From an uncultured delta proteobacterium (lineage in GTDB: Bacteria; Myxococcota; Myxococcia; Myxococcales; Anaeromyxobacteraceae), in assembly GCA_963766715.1 (NCBI GenBank), contig CAVYBH010000012.1:384001-448000 (forward strand): DNA of 64,000 nucleotides, written 5' to 3'. Position numbers and translations under genes: made by a program. Shown here one piece after another: positions 11,104-21,245 of this stretch. Position 1 is the first letter of the stretch, and the number at the start of each line of letters is the position of its first letter. The notes beneath the pieces are model-generated. The model was not told where the DNA came from, did no database searches, and was given only the letters and a program-made list of their open reading frames with translations.

Positions 11104-12644
11104 GTGGCCGGCGCCCTGATGCTGGCCGCGATCGCGGCCTTCGCCTTCGTGGAGATGGCCATCGCCCGGCAGCGCCTGGCCGGGGTGAACGCCTCCACCG
11201 CGCTCCTCAGCGAGACCATCTCGGCCTCGGTTCGCCACGCCATGATGCGGGACGAGCGCGGCGAGGCCTACGCCATCATCGACAACATCGGGCGCCAGTC
11301 CCAGATCGCCCACATCCGCATCATCAACAAGGAGGGGCGGATCACCTTCTCCACCGTCCCGGGCGAGAAGGGGACGCTCGTCGACAAGCGGGCCGAGGGG
11401 TGCCGCGCCTGCCACGAGGGGGAGAACGAGAGCCTCACGGTCCCGGTCGACGCCCTTCGCGCCCGGATCTACGAAGGGCGGGGCGGGCGGGTGCTCTCCA
11501 CGGTGACGCCCTTCCGGACCAGTCCCGATTGCACGACGAGCGCCTGCCACGTGCACCCCAGGGAGAAGACGGTGCTCGGGGTCCTCGACGTGGGCGTCTC
11601 GCTCGCCCCGGTCGACCGCGACCTGGCGTCCTTCCGGCGGGTCAGCCTCATCGTCACCGCCATCCTCGCCCTGCTGCTCGGTGCGTTCTTCTGGTACGTG
11701 GCCAACCACCGGGTGGTCCGTCCGGTGGAGGCGCTCGTGCAGGCCACGCGCCGGGTGGCCCACGACGAGCTCGACACCGAGATCCACATCGACGCCAAGG
11801 GCGAGCTGGGCCTGCTGGCGGCCTCGTTCAACGAGATGATCCGCTCGCTGCGGCGGGTGGAGGGAGAGCTCCGCCTGCTCACCGAGCAGCTGGAGGAGAA
11901 GGTCGAGGAGCGCACCGGCGAGCTCCGGGCCGCCCAGGACACGCTCGTGCGCACCGAGAAGCTCTCCTCCTGGGCAAGCTCTCCGCCTCCATCGCCCACG
12001 AGATCAACAACCCGCTGGCGGGCATCCTCACCTTCGCGAAGCTCATGATCCGGACCATCGAGCACGGACCGGTGGGCGAGGCCGAGCGGCGCACGCTGGT
12101 GAAGCAGCTGGCGCTGGTGCAGCGGGAGACCGAGCGCTGCACGGCCATCGTCCGCAACCTCCTCGACTTCGCGCGGGAGCGTCCGCTGCAGCTCAAGGAC
12201 GTGGACGTGAACCAGGTGGTGGACGAGGTCTTCTCCCTGGTGGCGAACCAGACCGCCATCCTCGGGGTGCAGGTGGAGAAGGACCTGGCCAAGGTCCCGA
12301 TGGTGGACGCCGACTTCGGGCAGCTCCGCCAGGCCTTCATCAACATCGTGATCAACGGCATCGAGGCCATGGGCAAGGGGGGGCACCTCCGGGTCGCCAC
12401 CCGGCCCCTGCCCGAGGAGGACGCCGTCGAGATCACCTTCCAGGACGACGGGCCCGGCATCCCGCCCGAGCTGATGCAGAAGATCTTCGATCCCTTCTTC
12501 ACGACGAAGGAGAAGGGCACCGGGCTGGGACTGTCGGTCGTCTACGGCATCGTCGACCGCCACAAGGGACGCGTTTCGGTGGAGAGCGAGCCGGGCAAGG
12601 GCACACGCTTCACCATCCAGCTCCCGGCGGCGCGCGGGTCGTGA
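11104..12644 (+). CDS. Sensor histidine kinase with periplasmic c-heme motifs and HAMP (true start probably slightly upstream; indel near 11970)
   Basis: TM-periplasmic(CRACH, CTTSACH)-TM-HAMP; AHEINNPL H-box, FTTKEKGTGLGL G-box. Confidence 0.88.
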
Positions 12645-12645
12645 C

Positions 12646-13175
12646 GTGGAGGCCATACACCTTTGGTGGATCGGTGAGAAGGATCCCGGCCTCAGGACGC
12701 TCGAGCACGTCCGCCTGCACCTGGAGCGCGCCCTGGGCGCGCCGGCGCGCATCTGGGACGACCCCGAGCGGCCGCCCGACGCCTACGACCACCGGCGGAA
12801 GCAGTGGTCCACGGCGCGGATCCTGGCATGGCTCGGGAAGGCCGGGCCTCCCGGCAAGGTGCTCGCCGTGACCGACCAGGACCTCTTCATCCCCATCCTC
12901 ACGTTCGTCTTCGGCGAGGCCCAGCTCAACGGAAGGGCGGCGGTGGTCTCCACCGCCCGGCTCGGGGAGCCCGGGCTTCCCGATCCCCGCGTGGCGCTCG
13001 AGCGGCTCGCCAAGGAGAGCGTCCACGAGATGGGGCATTGCTTCGGGCTCGTCCACTGCGACAGCCCGGGGTGCGTCATGGGGCGCTCGCCGAGCGCCCG
13101 GGACGTCGACAAGAAGCGCGGAGAGTTCTGCACCCGGTGTCGAGGCCGCATCATGCGGAGCGGGGGAGAGGGTCA

Positions 13176-13179
<4 letters not shown>
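12646..13179 (+). CDS. Archaemetzincin-family Zn metalloprotease
   Basis: FVFGEA, HEMGHCFGLVHC, CVM Met-turn and C-terminal FCxxC. Confidence 0.88.
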
Positions 13180-14561
<1,382 letters not shown>

Positions 14562-14876
14562 CCTCCGGGCCTCGCGGTTTCCGTGCGGCGCGGCCGGCAT
14601 CGGCCCGCGCCGCTCTCCCTTTTTGCTCCGTGAAGTCGGGCGGCACCCTGCCGGGTGCCGAGAATTTCGACGCATGGTGAGATTCCAAACAACCCCGAAG
14701 GATCGACACAAAACCCTGCGATACCGGCCCGTTGAGCTTCCCGGCGGCGCGTCCGGGGCCGTTGAGGAATTCTTCGAGCGACCCATTCGGGACGAAGGGC
14801 GCGATTTCGCCGGGGCCTCTCGTAACCCTCGGTGAACTGCGGGGAAATCCGGGCCTCCAGCCGCGGCCGCCCACTC

Positions 14877-14891
14877 TGGCCCACCCCTTGC
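14877..14891 (+). promoter_or_regulatory. Sigma54 (-24/-12) promoter
   Basis: TGGCCCACCCCTTGC = GG-N10-GC, 24 nt before the ATG at 14916, which has a strong GGAGGAGG RBS. Confidence 0.75.
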
Positions 14892-14915
14892 GAAGGGAGA
14901 AGGGGAGGAGGCCGC

Positions 14916-15140
14916 ATGACTTGCCCGTACCTCACCGAAGTGACGATGGTCTTCTGCCAGGCATCTCCGCAGAAGAAGCTCATCCCCAGCGACCGGATCA
15001 GCACGGCGTCGGCCTGCGAGGGAGACGCCTTCAACGGCTGCGCCCTGTACCGCGAGGCCCTGGCCCGAGCCCTCCACACCATCGAAGAGCTCGAGACCGA
15101 GATCAAGGCCTCGACGGAGAAGAAGGGGGCGCACTCGTGA
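14916..15140 (+). CDS. Small four-cysteine protein (74 aa)
   Basis: MTCPYL..FC..KLIP..AC..GCALY; strong RBS; GC-rich codon usage. Confidence 0.75.
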   Translation: MTCPYLTEVTMVFCQASPQKKLIPSDRISTASACEGDAFNGCALYREALARALHTIEELETEIKASTEKKGAHS

Positions 15141-15205
15141 TCGCCGCCACCGCCCTCGCAGCCGCTGGACTGGTCGTCGTCGGATTCATCAACTGCATCC
15201 CCTGA
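15137..15205 (+). CDS. Possible 22-aa hydrophobic peptide
   Basis: GTGA start/stop overlap; VIAATALAAAGLVVVGFINCIP. Confidence 0.35.
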   Translation: MIAATALAAAGLVVVGFINCIP

Positions 15206-15231
15206 CCAAAGCGAAGCACGGAGAGAACACC

Positions 15232-16146
15232 ATGAAGCTCGGCAGACGAACCTTCCTGCAGATCGCCGGCGCAACGGGAACCGCGGCACTCGTCACCCTC
15301 CCGGGGCGGGCGCAGGCGAACGGCACCATTCCCATCGCCGGCGAGGACGAGAGCTCCGTCCTCGTCGACACCACCAAGTGCGTCGGCTGCCGCGGCTGCG
15401 AGGCCGCCTGCGCCGAGGCCAACAAGCTGCCCGACCCGCCCACCGACGGCGCGGCCTTCGCGGCCATGCGCCCCACCGGTCCCGACTGCTTCACCGTCGT
15501 GAACCGGACCGAGAAGCGGGACGGCACGCCGCGGTACGTGAAGCGCCAGTGCATGCACTGCGTCGAGCCGGCCTGCGCCTCGGCCTGCCCGGTCCGCGCG
15601 CTCGACAAGCAGGCCACCGGCCCGGTGTCCTACGACGGCAGCAAGTGCATGGGCTGCCGCTACTGCATGGTCGCCTGCCCGTTCTCGGTGCCCAAGTACG
15701 AGTACAACTCGGCGCTGCCGGTGGTCCGCAAGTGCACGTTCTGTGCGGGCCGCCAGGCCGAGGGCAAGCGCCCCGCCTGCATCGGCGTCTGCCCGAGCGG
15801 CGCGCTCACCTACGGGACGCGCGGCCGGATGGTCGAGGAGGCGCGGCGCCGGGTGTACGGCAACCCGGACAAGTACACGCAGCACATCTACGGCGAGCAC
15901 GAGGCCGGCGGGACGAACTGGCTCTACATCACGGACGTCCCGTTCGAGAAGCTCGGGTTCGAGGTCGCCGTCAACGACAACTCCTACCCGAAGCTGGTCA
16001 AGGGCGCGCTCGGCGTGCCGCCGGTGGTCATGACGCTGTGGCCGCCGCTCCTGATGGGGCTCTGGGCGTTCTCACACCGCGACAAGAGCAAGTCGCACGA
16101 CACCGATCACGGCGGCGGCAAGGCCGACGGAGGCAACCATGTCTAG
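15232..16146 (+). CDS. Tat-exported 4x[4Fe-4S] protein, HybA/HmcB/NrfC-like
   Basis: RRTFL Tat motif, four Cys cluster motifs, IYGEHEAGGT, C-terminal TM. Confidence 0.9.
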   Translation: MKLGRRTFLQIAGATGTAALVTLPGRAQANGTIPIAGEDESSVLVDTTKCVGCRGCEAACAEANKLPDPPTDGAAFAAMRPTGPDCFTVVNRTEKRDGTPRYVKRQCMHCVEPACASACPVRALDKQATGPVSYDGSKCMGCRYCMVACPFSVPKYEYNSALPVVRKCTFCAGRQAEGKRPACIGVCPSGALTYGTRGRMVEEARRRVYGNPDKYTQHIYGEHEAGGTNWLYITDVPFEKLGFEVAVNDNSYPKLVKGALGVPPVVMTLWPPLLMGLWAFSHRDKSKSHDTDHGGGKADGGNHV

Positions 16147-17363
16147 CATCGTGACCACGACCACCCCCGAGCGCTCGGGCGGTTGGGTCCAGGAGCGCAT
16201 CTTCCTCGGCATGACGTTCCGGGAGTACCTGAAGTCCCTCTGGACGCCCTTCAACATCGTCTGCGCGGCCATCCTCGCCGTGGGCCTGCCGGTGATCTTC
16301 TTCCGGTTCTACCTGGGGCTGGGCGCCACCACGAACCTCTCCCAGACCCAGCCGTGGGGTCTCTGGATCGGGTTCGACATGATGACCGGCATCGCGCTGG
16401 CCGCCGGCGGGTTCACCATCGGTGCGACGGTGGAGATCTTCGGGCTCGAGGAGTACCACGCCATCGAGCGGCCGGCGATCCTGACCGGCTTCCTCGGCTA
16501 CATGATGGCGGTCATCGGCCTCATCGCCGACCTGGGCAAGCCCTGGAACATGGTCGGCATCTTCTCCAACAACGGGACGCAGTCGGTCCTCTTCGAGGTC
16601 GCCTGGTGCGTGTGCTGCTACACCACCGTCCTCATGCTGGAGTTCGCCGTGCCGTTCTTCGAGTGGCTGGGCTGGGAGCGCTTCTACCGCCCGCTCAAGA
16701 AGGCGCTGCTCGCCCTCACCGTGCTGTCCGTCATGTTCTCGACCATGCACCAGTCGGCGCTCGGCTCGCTCTTCATCATCGCCCCGGGCAAGCTCCACCC
16801 GCTCTGGTACTCCAGCCAGATCTTCCTGTTCTTCTTCATCAGCGCCATGATCGCCGGCATCTGCATGGTCATCGTGGAGAGCACCATCTCCCACAAGGTC
16901 TTCTCCGAGCAGTTCAAGGGGCAGCACATCGACGTGGAGAAGCTCTCCATCGGCCTGGCCAAGGCCGGCGCGGTGGTGATGTTCGCCTACTTCTTCCTGA
17001 AGCTGCAGGGCGTCATCGACAACCACGCGCTCGGGCTCATCGGAGTCGGCTTCTACGGCAAGTGGTTCCTGGTGGAGATGCTGGGCTTCGTGCTGCTCCC
17101 CTCGCTGCATGTTCGCCTGGGGCGCCCGGAACGAGAAGATCCTCCCGGTGCGCATCGCCGCCATCCTGGGCGTGCTCGGAATCGTCCTCAACCGGCTCAA
17201 CGTCTCGCTCATCGCCTACAACTACAACCAGCCGGTCCGCTACTGGCCCAGCTGGATGGAGGTGTCGGTCTCCCTGATGCTGGTGGTGGTCGGCATCCTG
17301 GCCTTCCGCTGGATCGTGAACCGCATGCCCGTGCTCCGGCCGCTCCCTGGCGCGGAGCACTGA
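16139..17363 (+). CDS. NrfD-family integral membrane subunit, HybB/HmcC-like (indel near 17105)
   Basis: TNLS..PWGLWIGFD, DLGKPW, STMHQSALGSL, KLHPLW, YWPSWME. Confidence 0.9.
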
Positions 17364-17370
17364 GGACGCC

Positions 17371-18060
17371 ATGCACGGCAACGAATTCCTGAGCGGGTAC
17401 GCCGCCAAGCTGGTCGAGTACGGGCTGGCGGTCACCTACCTGGTCCTGTTCGTGGGCTTCTGGCGCTACGTGCAGGGCGGCAAGGGGGCCGAGCGGGCGG
17501 TCGAGGTGGCCGAGCCGGAGCAGGCCGTGGCGACCGGGTGGTTCTCGGTGCCCACCGGCGTGGCGCTCCACCCGGGTCACACCTGGGCGCGGATGGAGGC
17601 CGACGGCTCGGTGGCCGTCGGGCTCGACGACCTCGGTCACCGCCTCGTCGGCGACGTGGACCGGGTGACGCTCCCGGCCCGGGGAGCCCGGGTGGAGCAG
17701 GGAGAGCCCGCGGTCTCGCTCGCCGCAGGGGGACGGAGCGTGAAGGTCGTGTCCCCGGTGGACGGGGAGGTCATCGCCTACAACTCCGCCCCGGACACGC
17801 ACGACGACCCGTACGGCCAGGGCTGGCTCTTCCGGGTCCGCCCGGAGAACTGGAAGCGCAGCCGCGCGCAGCTCCTGGAGGGAGCGGCGGCGCGCGAGTG
17901 GCTCGAGGAGCAGGGGCGGCTGCTCGCCTCCCGCCTGGGCTCCGAGCCGGTGCCCGTCCTCCAGGACGGCGGCGCCCCGGTTCACGGCATCGCCCGCGAG
18001 ATCGACCCGGAGCACTGGGACGCCATCGCGCGAGAGTTCTTCCGCACGCAGGAAACCTAG
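17371..18060 (+). CDS. Membrane-anchored glycine-cleavage-H-like protein without lipoyl Lys
   Basis: N-terminal TM; HPGHTW, VGLDD, SPVDGEV, DPYGQGWLF; C-terminal QDGG extension. Confidence 0.85.
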   Translation: MHGNEFLSGYAAKLVEYGLAVTYLVLFVGFWRYVQGGKGAERAVEVAEPEQAVATGWFSVPTGVALHPGHTWARMEADGSVAVGLDDLGHRLVGDVDRVTLPARGARVEQGEPAVSLAAGGRSVKVVSPVDGEVIAYNSAPDTHDDPYGQGWLFRVRPENWKRSRAQLLEGAAAREWLEEQGRLLASRLGSEPVPVLQDGGAPVHGIAREIDPEHWDAIAREFFRTQET

Positions 18061-18069
18061 GGGACAGAC

Positions 18070-18415
18070 ATGACCATCCAGGGAAAGACGTTCCGCCTCC
18101 TCGCCGTCCTCGCCTCCGCGGTGCTGGCCACCGCGGCGGCCGCCGACGGGCTCGAGAAGCTGCCGCCCGACTACACCTTGCCGCAGTCGGAGGGCAGCCC
18201 GGGCAAGGTGATCTTCAGCCACTCGAGCCACGTCGACGTGAAGGCGCCGGGCTGCACCCGGTGCCACCCCAAGCTCTTCAAGACCCTCGAGAAGGGCGCC
18301 ACGGCCGACGGGCAGCGGATCACGCCACAAGGTCATGGAGGCTGGCGGCCAGTGCGGAGCCTGCCACGGGAAGGCCGCCTTCAACTTCGAGAGCTGCGAC
18401 CTCTGTCACCGGTAG
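18070..18415 (+). CDS. Triheme c7-type cytochrome c (one extra C near 18325)
   Basis: Signal peptide, VIFSHSSH, CTRCH; removing one base gives HKVME..CGACH..CDLCHR-stop. Confidence 0.8.
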
Positions 18416-18419
18416 TGTC

Positions 18420-19118
18420 ATGGCCCCGGCGCTCGACCTGCTGACCGCGATGGGCGTCTTCCTGGCCGGGCTCCTCGCCCGGCTGGGAATCGTGGTGGGG
18501 GTCCTGCTCCTCCTGGCGGTGCCGGTGGCCTTGCTGGGCGGCGGCGTGCGGGCCTTCCGCGCGCTGCGGCTCCGGGCGATGGGCTACCGGAGCGCCGGGG
18601 CGCTCCGCTTCCGGGATGGCCTGCGCTACGCGCCGGGCCACACCTGGATCCGGCCGGACGGGCAGCGCTTCCGCGTCGGGCTCGACGACCTCGCCCAGAA
18701 GCTCCTGCCCTGGGCGGTCGCCGTGGAGTTGCCGCGCCCGGGCCAGCCGGTGCAGGCGGGGGAAGCCGTGGCGCGGATCTCCTGCGGTGGCCAGGAGGCG
18801 CGGGTCGCCGCCCCGTTCTCGGGCCGGATCGTCGCGATCAACACCGACGTCCTGGGCGAGCCGACGCTCGTGAAGAGCGAGAGCTACGGCCGGGGCTGGC
18901 TGTTCGCGATCGAGCCGGTCGACGGGGCCTGGAGAGGGTTGCCCGACGGCGAGCGCGCGCGCGGCTGGATGCGCGAGGAGGGCGAGCGGCTGGCGCGCTT
19001 CTACGAGCAGCACCTCGGGTACGCGGCGGCGGACGGGGGCGATCTCGTCGGCCCGCCCGCGTCGCTCCTCGGGGAGTCGGGGTGGAGGGCGCTGACGCGG
19101 GCCTTCCTCCGGACCTGA
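18420..19118 (+). CDS. Second membrane-anchored GcvH-like protein without lipoyl Lys
   Basis: Hydrophobic N-terminus; YAPGHTW, VGLDD, APFSGRIVAIN, YGRGWLF; ADGG extension. Confidence 0.85.
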   Translation: MAPALDLLTAMGVFLAGLLARLGIVVGVLLLLAVPVALLGGGVRAFRALRLRAMGYRSAGALRFRDGLRYAPGHTWIRPDGQRFRVGLDDLAQKLLPWAVAVELPRPGQPVQAGEAVARISCGGQEARVAAPFSGRIVAINTDVLGEPTLVKSESYGRGWLFAIEPVDGAWRGLPDGERARGWMREEGERLARFYEQHLGYAAADGGDLVGPPASLLGESGWRALTRAFLRT

Positions 19119-19141
19119 AGACGTTGTGGTGCGGGAGGGGT

Positions 19142-19175
19142 GGGGCGCTCCCGAAAGGGAGCGCCCCTGTTTCTT
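19142..19175 (+). terminator. Intrinsic terminator
   Basis: GGGGCGCTCCC-GAAA-GGGAGCGCCCC followed by TGTTTCTT. Confidence 0.75.
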
Positions 19176-19433
19176 GCGCAAGCTCGCGCGAATTCCTTGC
19201 GTCGCCGGGCCCGTTCCAGGGTTCCGGCGCGCGGTTCGTGCGTCTTGGGGCACCAGGCCCAAGTCGACTGGATGGGTCCATGAAGAAAACCGAATTTGCT
19301 CGGCAAAATCATGGCTGTCGACGATCGTTACCCTGGCTTGGCGCCGAGGGATCTGCTACAGGCGTCGAGGCCGAACCGACGGTCCGTCGTCCATGCATCC
19401 CGGATGGGCGTGCGAGACCAGGGGGTAATCGTG

Positions 19434-20474
19434 ATGAAGAGGTTCTTGCTGGCGCTCGTGGTCGCTCTCGTGGCCACCGCGGGGCGCGCAGAGATCCCTG
19501 CCGAGCAGGACAGCTGCCTGGGCTGCCACGGCAGCGACCCGTCCATGTCGATGGACCTGCCGAGCGGCGAGAAGCTCCCGCTCTACGTGGACCAGGCGCA
19601 CTTCGGCAAGTCCGTGCACGGCGACATGCTTCGCTGCACCGACTGCCACACCGACAAGGGCGACTACCCGCACGAGTCGAAGCCCTTCAAGACCCGCCGC
19701 GACGTCACGGTGGCCTATTACGAGCAGTGCAAGAAGTGCCACTTCTCGAACTACACGAAGACGCTCGACGGCGTTCACTACCAGCTCGCGCAGAAGGGCA
19801 ATCGCCAGGCCGCGCTCTGCGTCGACTGCCACGGGTCGCACGGCATCGGCCGGCCGGGCGAGCCCCGCACGCGGGTCTCCGAGACCTGCTCGACCTGCCA
19901 CAAGGAAGTGTTCGAGGTCTACAAGGGCAGCGTGCACGGCAAGGCCGTCACCCAGGGCAACGGCGACGTCCCGGTCTGCACCGACTGCCACCGCGCGCAC
20001 GACGTGGCCGACCCGCGGGCCGGCGCGCTGTCGCTGCGCACCGCCGAGATCTGCGGCCGCTGCCACACCGACCAGAAGCTCATGAAGCGCTACGGGCTCT
20101 CCACCAACGTGGTCGACAGCTACCTCTCCGACTTCCACGGCATGGCGGCGTCCCTGCAGAAGGGCAAGAAGGGCAAGGGCGATCGCCTCGCGGCAGGCTG
20201 CACCGACTGCCACGGGGTGCACGACATCCAGCGCCCCAACGACCCGCGCTCGTCGGTCATGCAGGCGAACCTCGTGAAGACCTGCGGCAAGTGCCACGTG
20301 GGCGCCACCGCCGACTTCCCCAAGGCCTGGATGTCCCACTACGAGCCCAGCCTGAAGAAGTCGCCGCTCGTGTGGAGCGTCCAGCTCTTCTATTACATCC
20401 TCATCCCGTTCATCCTCGTCAGCCTCGCCATCCAGATCGCGCTGCACCTCTGGCGCGTCGTGGTGAACCGATGA
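19434..20474 (+). CDS. Nonaheme cytochrome c with C-terminal membrane anchor
   Basis: Signal peptide; nine CxxCH (CLGCH, CTDCH, CKKCH, CVDCH, CSTCH, CTDCH, CGRCH, CTDCH, CGKCH); SVHG repeats. Confidence 0.92.
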   Translation: MKRFLLALVVALVATAGRAEIPAEQDSCLGCHGSDPSMSMDLPSGEKLPLYVDQAHFGKSVHGDMLRCTDCHTDKGDYPHESKPFKTRRDVTVAYYEQCKKCHFSNYTKTLDGVHYQLAQKGNRQAALCVDCHGSHGIGRPGEPRTRVSETCSTCHKEVFEVYKGSVHGKAVTQGNGDVPVCTDCHRAHDVADPRAGALSLRTAEICGRCHTDQKLMKRYGLSTNVVDSYLSDFHGMAASLQKGKKGKGDRLAAGCTDCHGVHDIQRPNDPRSSVMQANLVKTCGKCHVGATADFPKAWMSHYEPSLKKSPLVWSVQLFYYILIPFILVSLAIQIALHLWRVVVNR

Positions 20475-21233
20475 GCGGCGACTCGGCAGGGGTGGGAGAA
20501 TCCGGCGTGAGGAGCGCGACGATGAGCGACGAGGCGGTGAAGGAGCGGGCGTCCTACCTGATGCGCTTCACGGCGGCGCAGCGCGTGGAGCACTTCATCA
20601 CCATGATCGACTTCGTGGGGCTCGTGGCCACCGGCCTGCCCCAGAAGTTCTACACGGCCAAGTGGGCGCAGTGGGTCATCGGCCTGATGGGCGGGATCGA
20701 CAGCGTCCGGTGGGTCCACCGCTTCTTCGGCGTGGTCCTCATCTTCGCGGTCGTCTGGCACGGCATCGGGGCCCTGCGGGCCATCCTCTCCCGCAAGGTC
20801 GGCTTCAGCATGGCCGTGAACAAGCGCGACTTCAGCGACGCGGTCCAGACGCTCCGCTACTACCTGGGCCTCGAGGATCACCCGGCCGCCTTCGACCGCT
20901 ACGACTACAAGCAGAAGTGGGAGTACTGGAGCCTCATGATCGGCAACGTGATCGATGATCCTCTCCGGTCTCACGCTGATGTACCCGACCATCGTGGCCC
21001 GCCTGGGGCCGGGCGAGATCATCCCGGCCGCCAAGGTCGCGCACTCGAACGAGGGGCTGATGGCCTTCCTCGTCATCACGGTCTGGCACGTCTTCAACGC
21101 CCACCTGCACCCGGACGTCTTCCCGTTCGACGCGTCGATCTTCACCGGGAAGATCAGCCGCGAGCGCATGGAGCACGAGCACCCGCTCGAGCTGGCGCGC
21201 GCCGAGGGACGGGAGCCCTCCGGCCACCACTAG
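20471..21233 (+). CDS. FdnI/HydC-type cytochrome b subunit (indel near 20955)
   Basis: RFTAAQRVEH, TGLPQKF, WVHR, YDYKQKWEYW, HSNEG, WHVFNAH, EHPLE. Confidence 0.85.
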
Positions 21234-21245
21234 GCCGGGCCGCGC

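Noticed and set aside
15232..17363. Hydrogenase-2 operon
   Set aside because: No NiFe small/large subunit or maturation genes nearby
17371..19118. Glycine cleavage system or LbpA/sHdr sulfur oxidation
   Set aside because: No gcvP/T/L, sHdr or lipoylation genes in the window, and the lipoyl Lys is absent
19301..19315. Sigma54 promoter for the nonaheme cytochrome
   Set aside because: GG-N10-GC spacing is present but flanks (CGGCAA..ATGGC) fit poorly
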